The notes below the pieces were generated by a model, which saw only the letters and a list, made by a program, of their open reading frames with translations, did not search any database and was not told where the DNA came from. A program made the translations under genes and the position numbers. Below are positions 1-10,447 of a DNA stretch of 64,000 nt, in pieces. Source of the DNA: Cetorhinus maximus (taxonomy: Eukaryota); contig NC_135907.1 of assembly GCF_964194155.1 (NCBI RefSeq), positions 10,230,001 through 10,294,000 on the forward strand. Reading direction: 5' to 3'. The first letter of the stretch is position 1. Each line of letters starts with the position of its first letter.

Positions 1-400
1 TCAGTCTGTCTGACTCTCTCTCTGTGTGGATCTGTTTCCCTGTGTGTGTCAGTCTGACTCTCTCTCTCTCTGTGTCAGTCTGTCTCTCTGTGTGGATCTG
101 TTTCCCTGTGTGTGTCAGTCTGACTCTCTCTCTCTCTGTGTCAGTCTGTCTCTCTCTGTGGGTCTGTTTCCCTGTGTGTGTCAGTCTGTCTGACTCTCTC
201 TCTATCTGGATCTGTTTCCCTGTGTGTGTCAGTCTCTCTCCCTCTCTCTCTGTGGGTCTGTTTCCCTGTGTGTGTCAGTCTCTCTCTCTCTCTGTTTCCG
301 TGTGTGTCAGTCTGTCTCTCTCCTTTTTATGTTTGTTTGTCTGTCCCTCTTCCTGTGTGTGTGCGCGCGTGTTTCTGTCTGTCTATATCCCTGTCTCTTT
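1..400. repeat. CT/GT-rich degenerate tandem repeat (unit ~TCAGTCTGTCTCTCTCTGTGTGGATCTGTTTCCCTGTGTGTG)
   Basis: GGATCTGTTTCCCTGTGTGTGTCAGTCT recurs about 6 times; the ORFs here are repeat translations. Confidence 0.9.
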
Positions 401-439
401 CTGTGGCAGTTGTAACTCCCTCCTTGTCACCAGTGCATA

Positions 440-530
440 AATAACTCTGCCCTCCCCTGCTGCTCTTTTATAACCAGGGAACGAGTGAAGGTGTGGAGAA
501 GGAGTGCGCATGTGTCCCGGGGATTCCCCT
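440..530 (-). promoter_or_regulatory. Putative Pol II promoter of a minus-strand gene running off the left edge (TATA box + palindromic NF-kB site)
   Basis: TATAAAAG on minus at 472-465; GGGGATTCCCC at 519-529; NRF1-like TGCGCATGTGT at 505-515; unique-sequence island between low-complexity tracts. Confidence 0.5.
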
Positions 531-699
531 GTCTCCAGTCTTAAAGGGAAGGTGCGGCCCATCCAGCCGATAGAAAGTCTACCCCGAGGGGAAGAGGGTA
601 CAGAGAACGCTGGGAGGTGAGAGCACTCATTACAAAGGCATAAATCTAACAGCCCAGCAAGGACACTAAGCTGCCTTTCCGTACTGATCCCACTACTTA

Positions 700-1925
700 T
701 TGTCAGCTTCTTACATTTTCTTTTCGTTCGTTTGTTTCCTTTTTATTCCGTTCATTTTCTTGTCTCCAAACCTATCTTTTTCCGTCATTTTCTTTACCTT
801 CCTATTGTGCTATCTCTCACTATTTTCTGTATTACTCCATCTTCCTCATTGCCTCTTCTCACCTTTCTTTTTGTCTCTCTCTCTATTCCATTGTCCCTAC
901 TTTTGTGTGTCTCTCCCTATCTGTCATCTCTCCAATTTTCTTGGTTTCTCTAGCTGTTTCTTTGTTAGTCCAGCTTTTTTTTTCTTTGTTTCTCCCTATG
1001 TCTCTTTCTCACTCAACCTTTCTCACTCTGGCCTCTATTCCCCAAATTTTCTCTTCCTAACACGGTGCTTCCCCCCCCTCTTGCTCAGCTATTTCTCTCT
1101 TTTCTCCCTAATTCTAACTCCTTTCCGCCAGTTTCTGTTTCTATTGCTCTGTTTCTGTGTATCTCTATCTCACTTTTATCTTTCCCATTCTTTCTATGCT
1201 CTCCTTGTTCTCTGTCTTGCTGTCTTCCTATCATTTCCTGTCAGCTGTTTTCTGTTTGTCACTCTTCCAATACCTGTCTTGCTCAATATCTCAGTTTATT
1301 TATCTCCCTTTCAGTCTTTCTCTTTTGTTCTTTCTATCTCACACTCTGTTTCTCTATTTCTTTTGTTTTGACTCTGAATAACTTCCCTCTCATTCTACCA
1401 TTCTGCCTCTTTCTAATTACCTTTCTCACTCTGTCTCTGTACTTCTCCTTCTGTCACTCTTAACAACTTTCCCTCTGCATGTTTATCTCGCTCTCTGTCT
1501 CATTTACTTTGTTTCTGTCTCTGTGCTCATCTTTTGCTGAAATTCTCTCTCCATCTCTTTTTCTCTGTATTCCCCTCTATCTCTCCTTTTCTATCTATTT
1601 CCCTCCCTTTGTCTCTACTTCTGTCTATCTCTGTCTCTTTGTCTGCCTGTCTCTCTCTGTCTCCCTTTCAGTCTTTTTTGTCTCTCCTTTCTGTTTCTCT
1701 GTCTATATCCATCTCTCTTTCTCTGTCTGTGTGTGCCTATCTCTCTCTCTCTGTCTTTCTCTGACTCCCTTTCTACCTCTCTCAGTCTGTTTGTCTCCCT
1801 CTGCCTGTCTTTCTCTCTCTCTTTACCTTTCTTTCTCTCTGTCTTATTCATTCCCTGTGAGTATTCTTCTATCTCATCTCTTTCACTCTCTGTTTATCTT
1901 TCTCTCTTTCTGTTTTTGTCTCTCA
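700..1925. repeat. Long pyrimidine-rich (CT) low-complexity tract
   Basis: Almost purely C/T on +; the F/L/S-rich ORFs are artefacts. Confidence 0.9.
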
Positions 1926-1999
1926 AATAAAGACTGGAAATGCTTGAAGTTCAGGTCAATAGCATCAGTAGACAGAAAAAGACAACATTTCAGGTAATA

Positions 2000-2435
2000 T
2001 CAGCTCACTTGATCGGCACCCCATTCACCACTTTAAACATTTGCTCCTTCTCACCAATGAAGCATAGTGGCAGTAGTGTGTACCATATACAGGATGCACT
2101 GCAGCAACTCATCAAGGTTCCTTCAACAGCATCTTCCAAACCCACAACCTCTACCACCTAGAAGGACAAGAGCAACAGATGCATGCACCACCACCTGCAA
2201 GTTCTCCTCCAAGCCACACACCATCCTGCTTTCGAACTATGTTGCCATTCCTTCACTATAGCTGTGTCAAAGTCCTGGAACTCTCTTCCTAACAGCACTG
2301 TGGGTGTACCTACACTAGTTGGACTGCAGTGGTTCAAGAAGGTGGCTCACCGCCACCCTCTCAAGAGCAATTAGGGATGGGCAACAAATAATGGCTTTGC
2401 CAGCAATGCCCACATCCCATGAAAGAATAAAAAAG
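2000..2435 (+). mobile_element. CR1-group LINE family A, 3' end
   Basis: Same 3' region as 6835-7458; tail GCAATTAGGGATGGGCAACAAAT...CCCACATCCCATGAAAGAATAAAA. Confidence 0.85.
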
Positions 2436-2670
2436 TCAGTCAGCAGCGCTAAGTGAAAGATGAGCACATTTTTAAGAGAATATGAAAATAATAAAGGAAA
2501 GAAAATATTCCTACTCCATACCTTGATTTTTGTCTTTAAAGACTTGCATTTATATAGCAATTTTCAAGAACAATGGATGCCTCAAAGCTCTTTATAGTCA
2601 ATGGAATACTTTAGAAGTATATTCATTGTTGTAATGTAGGAGCCAATTTGTGCTCAGCAAACTCCCACAA

Positions 2671-4248
2671 CTGGAGGACCATATACTGCTGTCAGTACCT
2701 GGCAAGGTCTTTGGCATGGTGCTCCTCAACAGATTGAAAGCAGAAGTAGACAGTACCCTTCATAAAGGACAGGCAGGTTTCTGGGTAGCAGCTCAGGAAC
2801 ATCATAGAGCAGAGCCTCGAGTATCAGGAGCCACTTGTTCAACTTAATTGATTTCAAGAAGGCTTTCAACAGCGTCCATCGACAGTCACTATGGTATATT
2901 GCAAAACAGTGCGGCATCGCAGAGCAGTATATTAACATCTTCAAAGCCTGATACCGCAACTCCAGCTGCTGCGTCAAGACCAGCACGGACACCATGGATC
3001 CCTTCAAAATCATCACAGGAGTACAGCAAGGCTGCATACTCTCCCCATTACTTTCCCTCTTAGTTATTGATTTCATCATGAGGAAGGTGATGCTGGGTGC
3101 AGACTTTGGCATCCCATAGCAACACTACCGGCTGACAGGCCTGGATTTCGCAAACAACATTGCCTTGCTGGCAGAAGAATCGTGTGTGCTCCAAGACCTG
3201 ATCACCAGCCTGGTCTATGCAGCAGCTGCAGGAAGACCAAGACAGTGATGGCTGGACAGCAACAAGGTCACTCCCATCACCAACCACTAGACAACAGAAC
3301 ATCAAGGACGTTGACCACTTCCCCTACCTAGGAAGCAACATCTCCAGGGAGGGTGATGTAGAGATCGACTTCCACACAAGAATCGACAAAGCAGCATTGG
3401 CTGTCCAGCGGCTCCACACAGTCTGGGCATCCAACACTATCAACATGGCCATGAAGCTGCGGCTCTACATGTCCAGACTAGTACCAACCGCAATTAATGT
3501 CAGTGAGATGTGGAAGAGAACAGCAAAGGTGTCACACAAGTTGGACGTCTTTCACCAGCTCTGCCTACATTAGATTCTGGACATCACATGGAGACACAGC
3601 ATCACCAACGACGAAGTGCTACAGAGGACTGACCAGAGGTGCCTGCGGGACATCATAGAACCATAGAAAAGTTACAGCGCAGAAAGAGGCCATTCAGCCC
3701 ATTGTGTCTGCGCCAGACCAAAAAACAGAAAAAAAGCAAACTAGCCGCTAATTTTTAATCCCACTTTCCAGCACTTGGTCTGTAGCCTTGCAGGTTACAG
3801 CATTTCAGGTGCAGATCCAGGTACCTTTTAAATGAGTTGAGCGCTTCAGCCTCAAACACCAATTTAGGCAGTGAATTCCAGGTGCCCACTACCCTCTGGA
3901 TCAAAAGTGTTTCCTCATGTCCCTCTAATCCTTCTACCAATCACCTTAGCTCTATGCCCCCTGGTAATTGACCCCATGGAGAGATGGCTAAGGCTGATGA
4001 TACGTCCTTCGCCTCTCGAATGTGCACTCGGCAGCCCCGCCAGAAGAATGGACGCCACTTGGTGAAAGAAGAAGGTGGGGCTGGCCAAAGGAGACCTGGT
4101 GAAGCATATTTAAGGAGGACCTTCAAGAGCGGAACACTACCTGGGCTGGAGCGAAAGAGATCACGATGGATCAGGGCTAGGGGCAGACTCTGGCTGCCCA
4201 TTGTTCTGCACTGGACCAGAGGAACTAAATCTGAAGCCTAAATCTCGG
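2671..4248 (+). mobile_element. RTE-clade LINE, 5'-truncated and decayed (RT region)
   Basis: ILLSVPGKVFGMVLLNRLKAEVDSTLHKGQAGF, VDHFPYLGSNIS, KLDVFHQLCL; flanked by an AAA(C/T)TCCCACAA duplication. Confidence 0.85.
3654..3976 (-). mobile_element. CR1 (HER1-type, family B) 3' fragment nested in the RTE
   Basis: Minus-strand QRVVGTWNSLP...FKRYLDLHL...QGYRPSAGKWD; CATAGAA tail. Confidence 0.85.
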
Positions 4249-4948
4249 TAAATTCCCACAAACAGCAGTGTGATAAATGACCCGATCGTCTTTTCTTTTT
4301 GTGATGTTGATTGAGGGATAAATATTGGCCAGGACACCAGGGATAACTCCCCTGCTCTTCTTCGAAATAGTGCCAGGGATCTTTTACGTCCACCAGGCAG
4401 GCAGTTGGGCCCTCAGTTTAATGTCTCATCTGAAAGATGGCACCTCCAACATCACAGTGCTCCCTTAGTACAGCACTGCAGTGTCAACCTAGATTTTTGT
4501 GCTCAAGCCCTGGAGTGGACTTGAACTCAGAGCCTTGTGATTCAATTAAGCCACAGTGACACACACAATCCCTCTCTCTATCTCAATCTTTGTCTCTCTC
4601 TGCCCCTCCCTCTGTCTCCTTTTCTGTCTGTCTCCATCTTCCTCTTTTTCTTTTGTTTCTGTTTCCTTGCATTTTTTGTTCTGTTTCTAGCCCTGAGTCT
4701 CTCTCTGTTTATCACTCACTGTCTGTTTCTCCCTCTCTGTCTCTCATTCTCCAGTCTATCTCTATCAACCTGTCCATCGTCCATCTGCCTGTCTGCCTGT
4801 TTGCCTATCAATCTAACTATCACTTTATCTGATGCTGTGTGTTTTTTTCTGTCTTTTCTGTTTGCCTCCCTTTATCTCTTTTATTTGTCACTGCCCTGTT
4901 CTGTTTTTCCCAGTTTCTTTCCCCTTTGAAGCTGAACGTTGCTTGTAG

Positions 4949-5002
4949 TATAGCACCACCTGTTCAACACTTGAAAGGTGCTGTGTTTTCATTTATTTGC
5001 AT
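4949..5002 (-). promoter_or_regulatory. CTCF-like motif and octamer in a unique-sequence island
   Basis: TGAACAGGTGGTGCTA on minus (~4951-4966); ATTTGCAT at 4995-5002. Confidence 0.3.
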
Positions 5003-6439
5003 TTCTGCCTTCAAACTAATTTCTGGCCATTGGAATAACACACGATTCCATTAGTCGTCAGCGACTCTTTGAAACTGGCACTTGTTGCAACCTGTTAACT
5101 ATAGAGTGGGTCTGTTACAGAGAGCTGCTTGTACTATTTCAAACGATCAAAAGTCAAGCAAGAAACTACAAATAGATCATTAAATGCCTGTCTGGGGTCC
5201 TCCAGTCTTAGTTCTTCCTGAACAGGTGTCCCCTGGGTTTGGGATTCCTTCTTCTGTTGGCATCTCACTGGTTTGGTGTTCCTCTCCTACTGGGATCCCT
5301 CCTTTGCAAGATTCCAATTTTCCTGGATTACTTCTCAGGCTGGGGATACTTGCATACAATTGATCCAGCAGTTGATTGGAACCTTGTCTGTGGTAAGCAC
5401 AGAGTGGAACACAGGCCATATTGGGGGAGGGGGGAGGTGGGAGGCAGTGGGGAAGTGGCAGAGGGGAGGGGAAAAGAGTGAGGGACAGTGGGCAACGGGT
5501 AGAGGGGGAAAAGCAGTAGGGTAGGGGTGATTGGGGGAGGGTTAGTGTGGGAGGGACAAAGGGTGAGGGTGTGGGCAAGGGGAGTTGGGGCTGAACACTG
5601 GTGGAGGTGCAGAGGATGAGGGAAAATGGGGAGAGACAGAGGGGCAGGAGCTGTCGGTGAGAGGGGAGAAGCAGAACATGAGGAATAGTGGGGCTGGGTT
5701 GGGGGGGGGGTGGGGTGGGGGGGATGGAGGAGGAACCATGGGGGAGAGGCAGTGGGTGACGATGGTGAGATGGTGAATGCTTTGACTCCTGTTGGACCTG
5801 GGGAATTCAGAGATTTTAAGTCGGTGCTGCTGTGTAATGTGCTCACTGGTTTTGTGAGGAAGTCAAAATCGGAAGTATTGAACATGAGTTAAGCAGATGG
5901 ATTTGTGTTTAAGTATTCAAGGGAAGTGAAATGTGTGGAGGGTATTAAAGGTAGCTGTGGTGTTTGGTGTCCCTAGGTTTGGGCCAGGGCTTGTCCCTTT
6001 AAGGGGGGTGGATGTGGGTGTGGGTGGGGAGCCGGGTGCAACTCCTGATTAGGTTTTAAATTCCAACAGACTGAAAATCTCATTCCTGTTTTGAGGGATG
6101 AGGCATCGTTTTTCCATTCAATGAATAAACCTGAATAACAGCCACCCCCGGGGAGCAGACATTTTACTTTGGAAGATTTGATATAACATCCTGTTTATCA
6201 ATGTCATCAGACTGCCCCCGACCCTCAGAAACAAGTCAGCCCACATCAACAACTGAAAATAGGACCTGTGAGCAGTGAGTCTGCAGACCACCCATTTCAC
6301 TAGCCTGGCTCAGTAATAGGGAGTTTCTCAGTAACATGAGGTATGGTGAGAGATGGACACTGAGCATTAAAGGCCATGGTGGGATAGAGACAGAACTCCA
6401 AAAGCAGTCCCTCACTCTGGTACACTCAACCTTGTATAT

Positions 6440-6830
6440 CGCTTTAGTACTCTACCTCCCCCATCAAAAGTCCATCCCTCTTTAACCCTAACTCTCCCAA
6501 TGAATACCAATACTCTAATCTCCTAACTCTCACTGAAGCCCATACCTCTAGACCCTCAACTACTTTTGAAGCAAATCCCTCCCATCTCCTAAACCACCCA
6601 TCAAAACCTTCTTGAAGTGGTCTAATTCCCCCATCAAGATCCAATCCCCCAGTCCCCCAATTTTCCCATCAAAGCCCTAATCCCCTACCTCCCATCAAAG
6701 CCTCATCCCTCTGGTCCCCTGACTCTCCTATCAAAGCTAATCCATTAAGTTTGCTAATTCCTATTGAAAGTTTAACCCTCTAGTACTACACTCCTATTGA
6801 AACCCTATCACTCTCGTATCCTAAGAGCCC
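6440..6830. repeat. Degenerate tandem repeat (CTCCCATCAAAxCCCTAATCCC-like)
   Basis: CCCATCAAA / CCTATTGAAA motifs recur every ~30-40 bp. Confidence 0.65.
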
Positions 6831-6834
6831 CATT

Positions 6835-7458
6835 TACCAGAAACTGAACTGGGCTAGCCATATAAATACTGTGGCTACAAGAGCAGGTAAGAGGCTAGGA
6901 ATCCTGCAGTGAGTAACTCATCTCCTGACTCCCCAAAACCTCTCCACCATCTACAAGGCACAAGTCAAGAGTGTGATGGAATACTCTCCACTTGCCTGGA
7001 TGAGTGCAGCTCCAACAACACTCAAGAAGCTTTACACCATCCAGGACAATGCAGCTGCTTGATTGACACCCCATCCACAAACATTCACTCCCTCCACTAC
7101 CGACACACAGTAGCAGCAGTGTATACCATCTCCAAGATGCACTGCAGGAACTCACCAAGCCTCCTTAGGCAGCACCTTCCAAACCCAGGACTACTACCAT
7201 CTAGAAGGACAAGGGCAGCATACCACCACCTGGAAGTTCCCCATCAAGCCACTCGCCATCCTGACTTGAAATATATCGCTGTACCTTCACTGTCATTGGG
7301 TCAAAATCCTGGAACTCCCTCCCTAGCAGCACTGTGGGTGTACCTACACCACATGGACTGCAGCAGTTCATGAAGGCAGCTCTCAAGGGCAATTAGGGAT
7401 GAGCAATATGCTGGTCTACCCAGCAATGCTCACATCCCATGAACAAATTTAAAAAAAA
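6835..7458 (+). mobile_element. CR1-group LINE family A, 3' part of ORF2 and tail
   Basis: KLNWASHINTVATRAGKRLGIL...STIYKAQVKSVMEYSPLAWMSAAPTTLKKL; A-rich tail. Confidence 0.88.
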
Positions 7459-8125
7459 GATAAATGGGCTGAATTCCAGGGACGAGAGATTTTTTAATTA
7501 GCCAGTGTCACTGCCTTGGCCAGCAGATGTTGCCATCCCTAATTGCCCTTGAGAAGGTGGTGCTGAGCCACCTTCTTGAACCGCTGCAGTCCATGTAGTG
7601 TAGGTATACCTACAGTGCTGTTAGGGAGGGAGTTCCAGGATTTGAACATAACAACTGTGAAGGAATGGCAATATAGTTCCAAGTCAGGATGGTATGACTT
7701 GGAAGAAAAGATGGTGATGTTCCCATGAGTCTGCTGCCTTTGTTCTTCCAGGGGTGATTGAAGTCGCTGGTTTGGCAGTTGCTGCTGACAGACCCTTGGT
7801 GAGTTGTTGTCGTATGTTTTCTGAATGCTACATACTGTAAACATGGTGCACAGGTGGTGGAGCGAGTGAATGTTTAAGGTGGTGTTTGGGGTGCCGGTCA
7901 ATCAGGCTACTTTGTCCTGGATGGTGTTGAGCTTTTTGAGTGTTGTTGGAGCTGTACTCATTCAGGCAATTGGAGAGTATTCCATCACACTCCTGGCTTG
8001 TGCCTTGTAGGTAGATGGTGGACAGGTTTTGGGGAGTCAGAAGGTGAGTTACTCACTGCAGAATTCCAAATTACTGACCTGCTCTTGTAGCCACAGTATT
8101 TATATGGCTGGTCCAGTTAAGTAAG

Positions 8126-10240
8126 TTTTTTTTTTGGAAAAATATATTTTATTCATAAAATATCTGAAAGAGCATTACAAAAAATTTCAAAATGGCCATC
8201 ACAAAAAGTATAATCAGATTCAAGTTTCCCACATAGATCATGATGCACTTCACTACAATCAATGAATATTACAGACATCTCAACATGGTCATTACAGACA
8301 GTCGGACAGTGCAATGGTATTCAAGTTATCGACATAGATCATGTTGCACTCTGAGGTGTTGCAATGCAATTGTGACACATGTAGTATTCACTGCATACAT
8401 TCCTTGTGAGTGATACAGCCCGAGGGGTCTATACAATTCCCAGCCCCTTGGTGCAATGTGGCTGAAAGGTCTTAGACAGCGACCTTTCCCCATTGCGCCT
8501 TTGCGGCGGCTGCCCCAAGCTTTACTGCGTCCCTCAGCACGTAGCCCTGGACCTTGGAATGTTCCAGTCTGCAGCACTCAGTCAGGGACAACTCTTTGCG
8601 CTGGAAGACCAACAAGTTCCGGGCAGACCAAAGAGCGTCTTTCACCGAGTTGATGATCCTCCAACTGCAGTTGATGTTTGTCTCGGTGTGTGTCCCTGGG
8701 AACAGTCTGTAGAGCAGAGTCCTGTGTCACTGAACTGCTCGGGATGAATCTTGACAAAAACCACTGCATCTCGCTCCAGACCTTCTTTGCAAAGGCACAT
8801 TCCACGAGGAGGTGAACAACGGTCCCTTCCCCACCACAGCCACCTCGAGGGCAACGTACAGAGGGGGTGAGATTCCTGGCATGTTGGAAAGATCTGACGA
8901 GGAGGGCCTTTCTCACCACCGGCCAAGCTACATCTTGGTGCTTGTTGGAAAGTTCTGTCGATGAGGCATTCTGCCAAATGACTTTGACAGTCTGCTCGGG
9001 GAACCATCCCACAGGATCCACCCTCTCCTTTTCCCGCAGGGCCTCTAGGACATTACGTGCCGACCGCTACCTGATGGACTTGTGGTCAAAGGTGTTTCTC
9101 TGCATAAAGTTTTCCATGAGGGACAGGTGGTATGGCACGGTCCAAGTACTTGGAGTGTTCTGCGGTAGGGTGGTCAGACCCACCCTTCACAACACCGGGG
9201 ACAGGTAGAACCTCAGCTCGTAGTGACACTTGGTGTTGACGTACCAAGGGTCTACGCACAGCTTAATGCAGCCACACACAAAGGTGGCCATCAGGATAAG
9301 GGTGATGATGGGCACGTTTTTCCCCCTTTATCTAGAGGTTGGTACATCATGTTCCTGTGAACACGATCCATTTTTGACCTCCAGATAAAGTGGAAGATGG
9401 CTCAGGTGATCGCTACCGTGGAGTGAGGAATGGGCCAGACCTGCGCCACGTACAGCAACAGCGAGAGTGCCTCACACCTGATGACCAGGTTCTTACCTGC
9501 AATGGAGAGGGAGTGTCGCTCCCACATGCCCAGTTTTCTTTTCACCATAGCTACTCTCTCCTTCCAGTTTCTAACGCATGCCCCAGTCCATCCGAACCAT
9601 ATCCCCAGCACCTTCAGGCCGTCAGCCCTGACGGTGAAGAGGACAAAGGATCCGTCAGCCCAGTTCTCAAAGAACATGGCCTCGCTCTTCCCACGATTTA
9701 CCTTGGCTCCCGAGGCCAGTTCGAACTGGTCGCAGATGTGGATCAGTCTGCGCACCAACAGTGGATCCGAGCAGAAGACGGCGACATCGTCAGGCTTTAA
9801 CCTGAGTGCCTCCACTGCCTGGGCTCGTCACTCCTCATGCCCAGATCCTTCCTGATGGACTCAGCAAAGGGTTCTATGCAACACACAAACAGGACAGGGG
9901 AGAGAGGGCAGCCCTGCCTGACTAGATTTAATTGGAAAGCTCTCTGATTCCCACCCATTGATTGAAACTGCGCTACAGATATTTGTGTAGAGCAGTTGGA
10001 TCCAGTTGCGGATTCCCTCCCCAAACTCCATTTTGGAGAGCACATCCACCGTGTAGGTGTGCGATACTCTGTCAAAGGCCTTCTCCTGATCCAGGCTGAT
10101 GAGGCAGGTGTCCACACCCCTGTCCTGCACATAGGCAATCGTATCCCTGAGCAGCACGAGGCTGTCAGAGATCTTCCTGCCGGATACAGCACAGGTCTGG
10201 TCAGGGTGGATCACCAACTCCGGAGCAGACCTGACCCGAA
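8126..10240 (-). mobile_element. Tx1-clade (L1 group) LINE, 5'-truncated: RT, zinc-finger C-terminus, 3' UTR, polyA
   Basis: LISLDQEKAFDRVSH, RQGCPLSPVLF, DDVAVF, CPRGGCGGEGTVVHLLVECAFAKKVW; polyT at 8126-8135. Confidence 0.92.
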
Positions 10241-10253
10241 TTAAGTAAGTTTC

Positions 10254-10447
10254 TTTTTTTTGGGAAAAATATACTTTATTCATAAAATATCTGAAAGAAC
10301 ATTACAAAATGTTTTTAAATGGCCATCACAAAAATTGTAATCATATTCAACATTTACACATGGATCACGAGGTGCTGCAATACAATCAATGAATATTACA
10401 GTCATTTCAATATGGTGATTACAGATTAGTTCAATGGTATCGCTGAG
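10254..10447 (-). mobile_element. Second Tx1 copy (3' UTR only), in tandem with the first
   Basis: GGAAAAATATACTTTATTCATAAAATATCTGAAAG closely matches 8136-8170. Confidence 0.85.

Larger units (their letters stand above)
2535..4562 (-). mobile_element. DeuSINE/SacSINE1-like SINE split by an RTE insertion (pieces 2535-2670 and 4250-4562)
   Basis: L2-like tail CTTGCATTTATATAGC at ~2543; body TTGAGGGATAAATATTGGCCAGGACACC...GAAATAGTGCC; same family as 51395-51862. Confidence 0.75.

Noticed and set aside
24-1997. Long F/L/S/C-rich ORFs resembling membrane proteins
   Set aside because: Translations of CT-rich low-complexity DNA that lacks stop codons
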